The position numbers and the translations under genes are program-made. Positions 27,269-39,992 of a stretch of DNA of 64,000 bases are shown here, in pieces. The stretch is from Eledone cirrhosa (lineage: Eukaryota), in assembly GCA_964016885.1 (NCBI GenBank), contig OZ024741.1:28148001-28212000 (forward strand), in the 5' to 3' direction. A model generated the notes under the pieces. It did not search any database. It saw nothing but the letters and a program-made list of their open reading frames with translations, and was not told the origin of the DNA. The stretch's first letter is position 1. Each line of letters begins with the position of its first letter.

Positions 27269-30200
27269 ATGGCTATGCTAAGAGTAGGCTGTTTAAATGC
27301 GCGTGGCCTGGGCTCAACTTGGAAGCAAGCAATGCTTCTAAATGACCTCAGGTCACAACGTATAGATGTGATGGTTATTTGCGAGGCCCGGATCAGCAAC
27401 GTGCGGCAGCTGGCCCCCACCTTTGATGACTTTGAGATGCACGCATCTCTCTGTCAGCCCGGAGGTGGGGGGTGGAGTTGTCGTTCTGCTGCAAAAACAT
27501 CTGGGTCTCGCAACACAGACGGTACATTTGGACCCGGATGGTCGACTAGTGGTTCTGGACCTTGGCAGTGGTGAAGGCGGGCGTTTAGGTTGGTAGCCGC
27601 CTACGGCCCTTTCGGGTCAATGCGGACGGACTTCTTCCATCGTCTGGAGACTTTTCTAGGGACGTCCCGCTCCTTGCTATTAGTGGGGGACTGGAATGGT
27701 ATCATAGATGCACGCTGGGACTACGTAGGGGCCTGTCCCGATAGAGAGGGGTGTAATAGCCTCAAAGGGTTAATCGGTCGATTTGACCTGGCCGATAGAT
27801 ATCGACTAGATTTTCCGACTGCGCCAACCTGGACTTGTGCAAATCGTAGCGGATCATCTAGGTCGTACCTAGATAGGTTCTTAGTTAGAAATAAGGATAA
27901 GGACTTTTTAAGTTGTCCAAAAATGAGCATGGTTGGCTATTAAGACCACAAGTTAGTGAGCTGCATGGTCAACCTTGACAGAACGCATAGACAGGGACCC
28001 GGTTACTGGAAGCTCAACTTGTCCTTACCGGCAAGTAAGGCTTACAGGGACCGGATTAGCACTTTAGTTAAGGAGCGGTTGACGGGCGCCATCGTCAACA
28101 GCAGGTGGTGGGGATCTCTCAAAAGAGAGATTAGAGTAGTCTCTATAGAATTTAGTAAGGAGTTAGCCTCAAATGGAAATAGGAAGGAAAGGGAGTTGGT
28201 AGATAGTGTAGAAGAGGCAATTAGAAGCGGCGACGTGGCCAGAGTGCTAGCGTCGAGAACGGCCCTGGGCCTGTTCTTCGACGCGAAACACGAAGGCTGC
28301 ATCGTCCGAAGCAAAATACGTGCTCTGGGAAACGAGGGGACCAAAACTGTTAGCTGGGCCCGCGTGACAGAAGCCAAAAGAGGGAACAGATCCACTATCC
28401 GGTCTTTGCGAGACCAGGATGGACGGGTGATCCTTGATTCTAAGCAGATGTGCGAGGCTTTTCAAAAGCACTTTGCCGGATTGTTCGGAAGGGGCGGGGA
28501 GCCGGTTGGGGATGTGGACTTCGGTCCATACCTCGACGGCCTGCCGCGTCTCTCGGACAGGGAGGCGAAGTCCTGCGAGGAGCCGATTTCAGCCGCTGAG
28601 ATAAAGGACGTGCTAAGCCAATGCGGAAAACGCAAACCCCCGGGTCTCGATGGTCTTCCATACGAACTGTATCTAGCTATGCCGGACTTGTTCCCCGATC
28701 TCCTCGAGGCGGTCTACTACAACTGGCAACAGAACGGGAGAATTCCATGTGCTGTGACCAAGGGCGTAGTCACGCTAGTGAGGAAGGACGACAACAAGGG
28801 GGACGATATAAATAATTTCAGGCCCATAACTCTGCTAAATACAGAGTTACAGATTTTGGCCAAGGTGCTAACAAAGAGGTTGGCGCTTGTCGTGGGCAAC
28901 CTGGTGGGAGATGCGCAGACATGTGCTATCCCGTCCAGGTCCATCCACGACAACCTCCACCTCATGCGATACATCATAGAGAGGGTTGGGAACGAACCCG
29001 GCTTTGGTGGGGTCCTGATCAATTTGGATCAATCTAAGGCGTTCGATAGGGTCGACCATGGTTACCTGGATGCGGTGCTAGCGGCGACAGGCTTCGGACC
29101 CGTTTTCAGGGGCTGGATCAATGCCATGCACAGCAGCCGCATCTGCTCTAGGGTCAAGGTGAACGGCTACCTCTCGGAGCCGTTCGAAATCATGCGGTCC
29201 ATCCGACAAGGGTGCCCTCTCTCCTCCCTTCTGTATGTAATGACTCTAGAGCCACTGCTGCGGAAGTTGGAGTTGTTGCAGGGCATCCCGTTGGAACCGG
29301 GATTGCGGAAAGCGGTGTCGGCCTACGCCGATGACGTGACAGTAATGGTGTCGACGGCCTCGGAAATCGGGGCGATCGGCACCTTACTGGAGGAGTACGA
29401 AAGGTTTACAGGGGCTAAGCTGAACCGGGACAAGTCGATCGGTCTGCAACTCGGCACGTGGAGGGGCAGATCGATGCCCTCCGATGGCGTCGTCGGGCGC
29501 TGGACGGAGGTCCCGGTGAAGTTGCTCGGGGTCTGATTCGGACCAGACCTCCAGGTGGAGAAGAACTGGGGTGAGGTAACGAACAGGGTGTTTGCACTGA
29601 CCCAGAAGTGGGCCGAGTGCAAACTGTCACTGAAAGGTCGGGCGGAGGTGGCGAACACTTATATAGCGTCTGTCCTCTACTACCGCCTGACCGTTGTGCC
29701 TTGCCCAAGGGAAACGCTCGCCAAAATAGAGCGCGCACTCTTCCAATTCCTTTGGAAGAAGCGGGCTCCTATGGTGAGGAGATCCATCTGCTGTCAACAC
29801 CCTTCGAAAGGAGGGCTGGGGATGCCGTGGCTAGTGATACGTAAACACGCATTAAGGCTACGGTACCTCCAGGTATTCCTCACCGGTCAACCGGTGTGGG
29901 CCCCGTTTGTGAGGCGAGCCTTTCCCAGACTCGTCTCACTCACCGAGCTGCAATCCTGGGTCAAGCAAAGACCGAGAAAACTGGGCGCCTGGCACACCGA
30001 GTGTGCCCAGGCACTCACGGCTCTCTGGCAGGCGGACCCGGCTGTCAGTGGAGAATCCACCTCGTCATTCTATAGAGGGCTGGTGGTTTGCAGGTGCGAC
30101 GACGCCCTCGGAGAAGCCCTAGGCATGGAGGAAGACGAACTGGCCAACCTGTTCGGTAGGACATTCAGCCCGGGACCCATGGATAACTTCCAGAGGTCCC

Positions 30201-30705
30201 TGGCCTGGCAATGCTACAGAAGGTCTCTGCCCGTTCGAGAAAGGCTCTACAGACACGGGCGCCCGGGTAGGGACCCATCGAAAAAGATCTGTCCAGATGC
30301 GTGTGCGACGAGGAAACCGTTGCACACGCATTGGTACACTGCTCGGGCATTGCCGATCTGTGGGGCTATGTCGAACAACTGCTGTCAAGGGTGGGACCAA
30401 TCCGGTTGACCACCGAGTCTATTGTAACGATCAAGCCTCCTCCCCTCTTCAAAAACGAAGGAGAGGCGGTGTTTCTGTGCGTAATAGCCATGGCGAAAGA
30501 GGTTGTATGGTGGACGCGTCTGAAAGGACTGAGGTCAGACACCTTTCTCTCTGGCCAACAACTGGTCCGTTTCTTCCGATATCATTTCGGAAGAAGGATC
30601 AGGATGGAGAGAGAGGTGCTGCACCCCAGCCGTTTCTATGAAAGATGGGTGAAAGTGGCGAGAATGGCCCGTGTGAATGGGCCTTCACTCTACATCAGAC
30701 TATAG
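27269..30705 (+). pseudogene. Tx1-B ORF2 (APE-RT-ZnF) with stops and frameshifts
   Basis: LNARGL, GDWN, SYLDR, AYADD; in-frame stops at ~27943 and ~29536. Confidence 0.88.
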
Positions 30706-30969
30706 GTGAGGAAGATGAAAGACCAAGGGAGCACCCCTTCTCTGTGCTCCTGAGGAGAAGGGTTGCACACTTTTTTCGGGGGTGTGTGCGACCCCCCCAA
30801 GGCGCCTCCTCTCTATTGAGGACTTTGTTATAAATTTTATTTTTTGTTATATTTTATTTTATTTTTATATATTGTTATTGCCTCCTCCTTATTGAGGACG
30901 CCTTGTTTTGTAAACTACCCCCATTGTACTTGTCCCACTTTTGATGCCCTGGTGGCAAATAAAGAAACA

Positions 30970-31147
<178 letters not shown>

Positions 31148-31415
31148 ATGGGTAGAGTAAAGTAATTAAGGCAAACATTTTCCTCAAAATACTTCGTGAT
31201 TTTTACTGTAGTTTCATCCTGAAACTATTCTAATAATTGGATTACTGTAGTTTCATCCTGAAACTATTCTAATAACAAGATTCTTCAGAGAATCTTCTCA
31301 TACCCGGAGAGATTTCAAGTGACTATCATGACCGATGTTTTCTTCAAATGGAACAGCTGTCAAGTGGTATATAGTTCACAAGACGGGAAGTAATAAATGG
31401 ACTGTTAGCAATCTG

Positions 31416-31417
<2 letters not shown>
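31148..31417 (-). mobile_element. Solo pLTR-like fragment with a degenerate HHR between (TA)n tracts
   Basis: Minus strand CTGAAGA-ATCTTG..CAGGAT-GAAA-CTACAG-TA at ~31243..31288; internal ~33-bp duplication; stem I poor. Confidence 0.5.
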
Positions 31418-31499
<82 letters not shown>

Positions 31500-32486
31500 T
31501 TATTAAAATAACAGATTAAAGTTTAAGCAAAGAATCGCTGCTTTCACCCTTAACGGGATCTTCTGAAACTAACAAAGTCAATCTGTAAACGCAGAACTGG
31601 ATATTTCAAAAAACGTTGCAGCCGGAGGAAGACAGGAAGACGATACTTTGGTTCGTGGTAACGCTCGCTGGCAAAGAACGGGAAAAAACGAATAATACGT
31701 CATTAATAGGAGCGGTGAAAAACAATTACGCGCAAAGACAAAACCACGTTTATGGTATAAAAGAGGTCGTAGACTAATGTTCTCTTAGGTGGTGCATATA
31801 GACGTTCTCTGGCAATGAACGAAAAAACGAAGATAATAAGTCATATGTGGAGCGTGGAGAACAAAAGCACGCAAAGACAAAACCACGTAAATGGTATAGC
31901 AGAAGTCGTAGACTAAAATTCTAACTAGGAGACCAAATGAATCTCCGCTACAGAGTTAAGAACAAAGTAAATAAATACGATACAGAAGTAATAGAAACAA
32001 ATAAATACATACACGCAAACAGATACGTACATACACAAGCATACGCAAAACCTTACCATAGGTATACAAAACCACGCACATATAAATATGTGTGTGTGTG
32101 TATGCTTGTGTACAAATAAATAAATAATTATATAAACGTATATAAGTAAATAAATACGTATATAACAAGCGCACACACATACCTACATATAAATACACGA
32201 ATGTTCGGAGACGTAAGTCAACTAAAACAAGAAGTACACATATACACACACCCACCATACATACGAACCTGCATACTCACTCGGACGCAAAACTCCCGTA
32301 TACACATAGCCAAACCCTAAATACCAGAATATGTAAAAATGATACGCCATAACAGTCAAATATACGTACGAGAAGGTATACATACCTTCACAAAACATAT
32401 GGGTAATATATACTTACCTATGCAAATAAACAAAACATATACTTAGCTCCCACACCAAGACGTAAAATATCCACGTATAGATCGTG

Positions 32487-33137
32487 CTATCCGTTAGGGT
32501 ATAACGTGGGGCTGTAATACAGGAAAGTTTTGTGCAATTTATGTTTACAAGCCGAAATTGCCTCAGATTTTTTGTTTAAGATGTGGTCTGTGGCGTAGAG
32601 TATTTCCAGGGCCTCAGCGGCGCAGAGGTCACATGGTCTTTTATTTCCGTTATACGATCTAGCCGTAGCTAGGATCTCCCAGTGTAACTTATATTGGGTG
32701 TGGTTGTCTTTTAGACTCCAGATATAAGCTGAAAGTGACGTCATATTCCTTCTTAGAGGGTAACGAAAAGAATGGGTATGCATGTAAAGACGCTGCTTGA
32801 AACTATTGGCGGTTAACCCTATGTAGGCCCTGCGGGACGTGGGTGTTACAACCTTACATTTGTAGACAATGTTACTAGAGAGGCATTTCCCGGATAGGGG
32901 GCAATCAGCCCGATTCCTACAATTACAGTTAGTACTAACTACAGGGTTGCACCTGTTCCTACGGCTAGGTAGTTTAGCTAAATTTGAAGCTGTGATGTTA
33001 TGTGCAAGGTTAGGAGTCGTAGAGTAAGAAATTTTAATAGTATTTCTATTAAAAATTTTACTAAATTTATGTGTAGGGGGAAAATGCTTCGTAATAAGGG
33101 AAAGAAAGATCTTAGCTAATGTTGTGGTCACCTCCAT
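32487..33137 (-). pseudogene. PLE2 thumb/linker/GIY-YIG endonuclease
   Basis: IVYKC..AYIGLT..FKQR..H..SF..LSAYIW..CDLC..E. Confidence 0.85.
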
Positions 33138-33254
33138 ATTATATGGTGGGTTAAACCAACAAATGCGACGGGATCTATTTCTTCTAGGTCTATTTTCATA
33201 CTCTGTATATGCTACCTTATCGACAAATCCACTTCGAGCAAGAGCTTCATTGTA

Positions 33255-33956
33255 TTAAGTGGAATGGTCGTTGAAAATGCGCTCGTTGGTGGAAAGACGG
33301 GAAAGCCTCAACGAAACGTTTCTTACCAGGTTCTTGGTTATGCTGGCAGGATGGTTGGAATGCTTACTTATGTAATTAAGCGTATCATTCGGCTTTCTAT
33401 ACGGGTAATACAACCCATTCAATAAATTGAGGGTAACGTCGAGGTAATTAACGACCGAGAGATTGGCTTCAACCTGTATAGAGAGGTTGAAGCCTTTAAA
33501 GAAGGCTGTGAGTTCTTTTCTGAACCTGTCGCAAGCACGAGGTCCGCACTTAGTCATGGTCAAAAGACCATCGTCACGGTACAAACCACCGCCCGCGCTG
33601 GGGAATTCGTCCTTGATAGAGAAAAGAAGGAAAAGGCCAATAAGATCAGTAATCTCCGCAGAGCCACTGGCGCCCATACTCACGTCGAATGGGGTACTAT
33701 TGGATTTTTTAATCCAAATAGAGTCGTCGAAATTAATCATTGACTTTTGGGCATTAAGGATGACATCAACTTCAAAATCCTTAACCACTGTGAGTGTTTT
33801 AGCGAAATTGATAGCTCTAAGGAGAAGTGGTAAAGTGATGGAGGAGTAGTAATTGTTGATGTCGAATTGGATAAAACGGCAATGTTCCTTGTTACATATG
33901 CCGTTGAACCAATCAATCACCGCGAAAGAATTGTTCCACAGTGCGAGAGGGGCCAA
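33255..33956 (-). pseudogene. PLE2 reverse transcriptase
   Basis: FIQFDI..YSSI, YRDD, YLDVTL, SNHP. Confidence 0.88.
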
Positions 33957-34130
33957 ACTTCTAATTTCAGGTATAATTCTATCAAGAATCGTTTATTCAC
34001 ATAATCAAAATATATGCTTTATTATATATATTTCAAAGGTACTGTGTTGTTTTTTTCAGTACGTCTGTCTGCTAATACTGGAATTGTATAATCAAGACCG
34101 TAGCGGTATATCATATATCAAATCATATAT

Positions 34131-34187
34131 TTTATCTGATGAAGACGTACTGAAAAAACAACACAGTACCTTTGAAATATATATAAT
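34131..34187 (+). ncRNA. Type I hammerhead, 3' strand of stem I split by a SINE
   Basis: TTTAT-CTGATGA-agacgtactg..cagtaccttt-GAAA-TATATA-TA-AT|SINE|AAA; intact 3' half in the inverted copy. Confidence 0.7.
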
Positions 34188-34363
34188 TGTTTCTACTTTT
34201 GGCACAAGGCCAGAAATTACCCAGTACATTACTGGTAGTTTATTTTATCGACCCCGTAAGGATGAAAGGCAAAGGTAATCTCGGCGGGATTTGAACTCAG
34301 ATCGTAAAAGGACGTAACTCTTTGCGTCAAAGCATGGTGCCCGACCCTCTACTAATACTGCCA
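34188..34363 (-). mobile_element. tRNA-derived SINE
   Basis: Same family; 7-bp TSD atataat. Confidence 0.85.
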
Positions 34364-34519
34364 ATATAATAAATCATATATTTTGATTATGTGAATATCC
34401 TTCATTTATTAATATTTTGAATAATATTAAAAACTCCAGGAAAACTTTGCTGTTGAGTGCTTTTAACCTATTGTAAAATTGTATTCATTGAGTAATCAAC
34501 GAACCATATTAAGCTTTGG

Positions 34520-34560
<41 letters not shown>

Positions 34561-34562
<2 letters not shown>

Positions 34563-35880
34563 AATAGGGAGAAAAAGACGATTATTAGGAAGAAAAATTT
34601 TTTTTTCCTATATTTTTTTTCTCTTTTTTTCTGGGTTAGAAAATGTTTCAAACAAAATACTTTACTTTGTATGATTAATTAATTTATTTATTAATTAACA
34701 ATGGCATTTATTTATTTATTTGTTTATTTATTTATTTGTTTATTTATTTATTTATATATTTAATAATTGTCCATTACCGGTTTCAGCATTTTATGCATTA
34801 TCAAAGGGGGGTATTTGTATTGGTATAAAATATTGGAGTGAAGATAAGGTGATGTTGAACATGTTAAGGAAATGGGAAAGAAAGAATAATATTATTTGCA
34901 GGCATAGTTCTTGAGGATAAGCAGTTCAAAAAGTGTTATTATGGCAAGAGCGCTTGGTTGATCCATGATGGATAGTCTGGGGTTAGATATGTTTTCCCTT
35001 TTTAGAGAGTTAATATGCAGGGGGAGGTAATTCAGGGTGGTCAGGTAGGGGAGAGAGAGATGCGAGGGGGTAATTCATTTATATAAGAAAAAGAATTAGT
35101 AGGGTGTGAAGGAGGTAACTCTTTATAGAACATAGGAATTTGGGGCTTTGGTTCATTGTTCGTTCCAGTTTTAGTTTAGTCCGAAGTTTAGTCCATTAAG
35201 TAGAGGTTGGAATTTGTTAATGGAGTACTTTTCCTTATTGGTACGATGGATAAAAGAAGCGTTGTCTATGAATTTGTAAATGGGGAAAATTTTAAAGTTT
35301 GGATGTTGGTTAGGTTCACAATTGGCGATATGTTCACTAAAAGCAATATTTCTGTATTCCTGTATTTTGATTTGTGATCTATGGACGGTCATACGTTGTC
35401 GGAGGCTGTTTTTTGTCTGTCCTATGTAGTTCTCTCGACAACCTGAGCAGGTCAAAACATAGATTAGGTTTTCAGATGCACATGTAAAGTTGTATTTAAT
35501 TGTGAAATGTTGTCATTGTTTAAAGTGGAATGTTGAACCTTCTATTACATTTGTGCATATGTCAAAGTTGGGCCTTCCGCATTTTGTTACTGTAGGGTTC
35601 ATTGGGAGGGTTTGTTGGATTTTGGCTTGTGTGAGGATGTTCTTTTATGGATTTACGTTGTCTTTTGCTCTTTATAATGTTGTGTGTTGAGAGGATTTTG
35701 TTCATTCTTGGGTCTCATTTTAGTAAACAAATGTTCTGGAGGATGGTGTCGAATGCCTCATTGTTGAGGGGGTTGTGTGTGGAGATGTATGGTAGAGTTT
35801 TCTGTTTCGGTTCATTCCTGGGTTCGGTTCATTCCTGGGTTCATTCCTGGATGTTGAGTTTTAGGGCACGTTGGAATCCG
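34561..35880 (-). mobile_element. Penelope-like element PLE3 3' fragment (Neptune-like)
   Basis: NLIYVLTCSGCRENYIGQT..LRQR...H GIY-YIG (ORF 35171..35455); 3' U3:A8 HHR; ends at (TA)n. Confidence 0.8.
34771..34808 (-). ncRNA. Minimal hammerhead variant (U3:A8) in the PLE3 pLTR
   Basis: Minus strand CCCT-TTGATAA-tGCAT aaa ATGCt-GAAA-CCGG-TA-ATGG. Confidence 0.55.
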
Positions 35881-35950
35881 TGACAGAAGCCAAAACGCTG
35901 TCCAGTGGAGTAAGAGACGAGAGACAAAATATTAATTTATATCAATTGAG

Positions 35951-36170
35951 GGCGGTGGATTGGCAGTATCGGTAGAGGGTCGGACGGCATGCTTTTCAGC
36001 ATAGAGTTACGGTCCTTTATGATATGAGTTCAAATCGCGCGGAGGTTAACTTTGCCTTTCATCCTTACGGTGTCGATAAAATAAAGTACCAGTCACGCAC
36101 TCGGGTCGATTTAATCGACTTTCCCCTACCCTAAAATTGCTGGCCTTGTGCCTATATAAGAAACCATTAT
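35951..36170 (+). mobile_element. tRNA-derived SINE (long-tail)
   Basis: 15-bp TSD tttatatcaattgag. Confidence 0.88.
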
Positions 36171-36225
36171 TTTATATCAATTGAGCTATAACAAGTTCAC
36201 ATAGATGTATTCATGAATGAATGAA

Positions 36226-36277
<52 letters not shown>

Positions 36278-36538
36278 TTTCTTTATTAACCACAAGGGTT
36301 TACATAAAGTAGACATTAAGGACAGTGCAGGACAATGCAGGACGGTACAAATGGGCATTTCTGCGTGTAAAAAAACAAAAACAGAGGATGTAACAAAAAT
36401 AACAATGAAAATAACAATGAAAATATTCCCCAATAGGGGGGAGACTTCGGAGGGACATTTGTGGAGAAAGCCCAGTAAAAAGCCACAATGACCCTGACCA
36501 CCAAGGCAAGTGCCCTCTCCCAGTTTTCCACCTTTAGT

Positions 36539-39500
36539 TTACAGATATATACTCAGAGTCGGCCCATTCACTCGGGCCATTCTTGCTTCTCTCACCCATC
36601 TTTCAACAAAATGCTGGGAAGAGAGCACTTCCTTCTCTACTCTGATTTTCCTTTTCAAATGAAATTTGAAAAAGTCAATCAGAGCATCACCGAAGAGGTA
36701 AGTGCTCGTCTTCAGCCCTTTCAAACGTGTCCACCATACTATCTCTTTCGCCATGGCCACCAGACAGATAAAAACTGCCTGCCCTTCCCGGCTAAAGGAG
36801 GAGGGCGGGGCAATCCTCACGATAGACTCAGATGATAGCTGGATCCGTCCTAAACGCGACAGCAGGTGTTCGACATAAACCCACAAGTCAGCAATTTTCG
36901 GACACTGGACGAGTGCGTGCAGGACGGTTTCGTCGCCCTGCGCGCATCTCGGACATGCCCGGCTGACGGCACCTCCATGCCTGTAGAGTTTATCCCGAAC
37001 TGGCAAGGCTCCTCGGTAGCACTGCCAGGCCAGAGATTTCTGGAAGTTGTCCATAGGCCCTGGCCCGAAAGTTCTTCCGAAGAGATTGGCTAGTTGATTT
37101 TCGTCGACGCCTAGAGTTTCCCCAAGTACGTCGTCGCTCTTCCCCTCCACTAATCCTCTATAGAACGCCGAGGTGGAGTTTCCACCGATCACATTGCCCG
37201 ATTGGTCGAGGGCTGTGAGCGCCTGAAGACATTCCAGTCTCCAGGCGCTCCCTCTCGGTCTTCGCTTGACCCAGGACTGCAGCTCCGTCAAGGAAACGAG
37301 CTGGGGAAAAACGCGTCTAGCAAACGGCGACCACACCTGATCACCGTCGAGGAAGAGGTGGAGATGTCGTAGCCTGAGCGCGTGCCTGCGCATCATCAGC
37401 CACGGCATGCCCAGCCCTCCACGTAGCGGGTGTTGACAACAGATGGACCGCCTGACCATCGGAGCACGTCCCTTCCACAAAAAGCGAAAGAGCAAACGCT
37501 CCAGCGCAGTCAGGCGAGGCTTAGGACAAGGTACGACGGTTAGGCGGTAGCAGATGACAGACGCGATGTACGCGTTAGCCACCTCCGCTCGACCTTTCAG
37601 GGATAGCTTCCTCTCCGCCCATTTCTGGGTGAGAGAAGCCACCCTGCTCGTCACCTCGTCCCAGTTTTTGTCCGTCTGGAGGTCCGGACCGAACCAGACC
37701 CCTAGCAATTTAACCGGTCCGTCCGTCCAGCGCCCGACGACGCTGTTGGACGGCATGGACCTGCCTCTCCAGGTGCCGAGCTGCAGGCCCACTGACTTTT
37801 CCTGGTTGATCATTGCTCCTGTCACCGCTTCGTATTCTCTTAGTGTAGTGCCGATCGCCTCGATGTGTTTGGCGTTCGACACCACTACGGTGACATCGTC
37901 CGCATATGCTGACACGGATCTTCCGCATCCTAGTTCGCGCGGGACTCCCCTCAACGTCTCCAGTTTGTGCAGTAATGGCTCGAGAGTCAATACGTACAAG
38001 AGGGACGAGAGGGGACATCCTTGGCGGACCGAGCGCATGATGTTGAACGGTTCCGACAGGTGACCGTTCACTCTCACCACAGAGCAGATGTCGCTGTGCA
38101 TGGCAGCGATCCAGCCTCTGAAGACGGGCCCAAAGCCAGCCGCCCTCAGGACTGCCGCTAGGTAACGATGGTCGACCCTATCGAAAGCTTTCGACTGATC
38201 TAAATTGATCAAGGACCCACCCGTGCCAGGTTCCCTAGCTACCCTCTCTACGATGTATCGCATGAGGTGGAGGTTGTCGTGGATGGATCTGTCGGGAATG
38301 GCGCATGTCTGCGCCTCTCCCACCAGACCACCAACGACAAGCGCCAACCTCTTTGCTAGCACCTTGGCCAAAATCTTAAACTCTGTGTTTAGCAGAGTTA
38401 TGGGCCGGAAATTGTCTATGTTATCCCCCTTGTTCGGATCCTTTCTCAGCAGTGCCACCGCTCCTCGGCTCACAGAACTGGGAATTCTCCCGTTCTGTTG
38501 CCAGTTGCAGTAGACGTCCGCCAAGAGGCCTCCGAACAAGTCTGGCATCTGTACGTAAAGTTCATAGGGCAGACCATCCAAACCAGGCGATTTACCCCTT
38601 GTGCAGCCAGTCATTGCCTCCCGTACTTCAGCGGCTGTTATCGGCTTTTCGCAAGACCTCGCCTCAGTGGCCGAGAGCCGCGGCAGTCCGTCGAGGTAGA
38701 CACTAAAGTCCATCCCTCTACCCGGCCCCCCGCTGCCCCCGAACAGCTGAGCGAAGTGTCGCTGAAAAGCTTCACACATTTGCCCGGGATCGAGTAGCAT
38801 GCGCCCGTCGTGGTCCACCAAAGACCGGATCGTGGCTTTGTTGCCACGACGCGCCTCCGCCACTCGGGCCCATTGAACGGCTTTCGTCCCCTCGTGTCTG
38901 AGAGCACGCACCCTAGCTCTGACAACGCAGCCTTCGTGCTTTGCATTGAAGAATTGGTCAAGGGCCAATTTCGCCGCAAGCACGTCGGTCGCAATGCCTT
39001 TGCTAAGCGCCTCGTCTAATTTTCTAACTAGTTCTCCCTCTGCTCTATTTTTCTCTATTGCTAAAGCCTTACTAAACCTAATCGATTCTATTCTAATCGC
39101 TCTTTTCAGAGCAAACCACCACTTGTTGTTGACGATGGCCCCCGTCAACGCCCGCTTAACTAGTTCGCTAATCCGGTCTCTGTAGGCCTTGCGCGCTGGT
39201 AAGGACGCGTTTAGCTTCCAGTAGCCGGGTCCTCGTCTATGAAGCCTATCTAAGTCAAGCACACAGGTCACGAATTTGTGGTCCGTGTAGCTGACTATCT
39301 TGAATTGTGGACAGCCTATGCTAGACCTATCTATTTCCCTACAAAATACTCTATCTAGATATGATCTGGATGACCCTATGCGATTTGTCCAAGTCCACAT
39401 TGGCACATTCGGGAAATCCAATCGGTACCTGTCAGACAGTTCAAAACGCCTGAGCAGGTTGGTGAGGCTCTTGCACCCTCCACCCCTATCCGCTAATCCC

Positions 39501-39958
39501 ACACAGTCCCAGCGTGCATCTAAGATCCCGTTCCAGTCGCCCACTAACACTAAAGAGCGGGACGTTCCAAGAAAGGTCTCCAGACGCCGGAAGAAATCAG
39601 GCCGCCCTGCTCCTGTCGGGGCATAGACGGCCACTAGCCTGAAAGCTTGCCCGTCTCCGCTGGTCACGTCCAGCACCACCAGCTTACCCTCTGGGTCCAG
39701 GAAGATGGCCCGTATGGCGAGATCCAAACCTCTCCGAAAAAGCACAGCAACTCCTCCACCCGATCCAGGACGGCTGGGAGATGCGTACACATCGTAGCCG
39801 CCGAAGATCGGTGCGAAGGCCCGTGCTTCGGAGATTCTGGTCTCGCTGATGGCCACTACATCTATGTTTAGTGACCTGAGGTCGTTGAGCAGGTGACCCT
39901 GCTTCCATGACGACCCCAAGCCACGCGCATTTATGCTGCCTATTCTGAGTGAGGTCAT
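36539..39958 (-). CDS. Tx1-C ORF2: APE endonuclease, reverse transcriptase, CCHC zinc finger (1139 aa)
   Basis: SINARGL, ISET, VYAP, GDWN, SYLDR, TDHK; FRPITLLN, RQGCPLS, AYADD; CPRC..ETVLHALVQC. Confidence 0.95.
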   Translation of the reverse strand: MTSLRIGSINARGLGSSWKQGHLLNDLRSLNIDVVAISETRISEARAFAPIFGGYDVYASPSRPGSGGGVAVLFRRGLDLAIRAIFLDPEGKLVVLDVTSGDGQAFRLVAVYAPTGAGRPDFFRRLETFLGTSRSLVLVGDWNGILDARWDCVGLADRGGGCKSLTNLLRRFELSDRYRLDFPNVPMWTWTNRIGSSRSYLDRVFCREIDRSSIGCPQFKIVSYTDHKFVTCVLDLDRLHRRGPGYWKLNASLPARKAYRDRISELVKRALTGAIVNNKWWFALKRAIRIESIRFSKALAIEKNRAEGELVRKLDEALSKGIATDVLAAKLALDQFFNAKHEGCVVRARVRALRHEGTKAVQWARVAEARRGNKATIRSLVDHDGRMLLDPGQMCEAFQRHFAQLFGGSGGPGRGMDFSVYLDGLPRLSATEARSCEKPITAAEVREAMTGCTRGKSPGLDGLPYELYVQMPDLFGGLLADVYCNWQQNGRIPSSVSRGAVALLRKDPNKGDNIDNFRPITLLNTEFKILAKVLAKRLALVVGGLVGEAQTCAIPDRSIHDNLHLMRYIVERVAREPGTGGSLINLDQSKAFDRVDHRYLAAVLRAAGFGPVFRGWIAAMHSDICSVVRVNGHLSEPFNIMRSVRQGCPLSSLLYVLTLEPLLHKLETLRGVPRELGCGRSVSAYADDVTVVVSNAKHIEAIGTTLREYEAVTGAMINQEKSVGLQLGTWRGRSMPSNSVVGRWTDGPVKLLGVWFGPDLQTDKNWDEVTSRVASLTQKWAERKLSLKGRAEVANAYIASVICYRLTVVPCPKPRLTALERLLFRFLWKGRAPMVRRSICCQHPLRGGLGMPWLMMRRHALRLRHLHLFLDGDQVWSPFARRVFPQLVSLTELQSWVKRRPRGSAWRLECLQALTALDQSGNVIGGNSTSAFYRGLVEGKSDDVLGETLGVDENQLANLFGRTFGPGPMDNFQKSLAWQCYRGALPVRDKLYRHGGAVSRACPRCAQGDETVLHALVQCPKIADLWVYVEHLLSRLGRIQLSSESIVRIAPPSSFSREGQAVFICLVAMAKEIVWWTRLKGLKTSTYLFGDALIDFFKFHLKRKIRVEKEVLSSQHFVERWVREARMARVNGPTLSIYL

Positions 39959-39992
39959 GTTTAAATAGAGTGGAAAAGATGGGAAAGACCAC

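Larger units (their letters stand above)
25705..30969 (+). mobile_element. Tx1-like copy B (related subfamily), decayed, in (ATCT)n
   Basis: Same organisation as A; separated from A by ~4 TATC units; ends AATAAAGAAACA then (TATC)n. Confidence 0.9.
31500..33991 (-). mobile_element. Penelope-like element PLE2, 5'-truncated, same clade as PLE1
   Basis: RT GGGLYRDDGL, CNCRNRADCPLSGKC linker, VYKC..YIGLT GIY-YIG; 3' end at (TA)n. Confidence 0.9.
33992..34520. mobile_element. Inverted pLTR module with an HHR interrupted by a SINE
   Basis: 33994..34066 is the reverse complement of 34143..34187 joined to 34371..34397; ends at (TA)n. Confidence 0.7.

Noticed and set aside
31535-31570. Hammerhead at the PLE2 3' end (minus strand CAGAAGA..GAAA)
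   Set aside because: U4 is mutated and stems I and III are not convincing; at most a relic.
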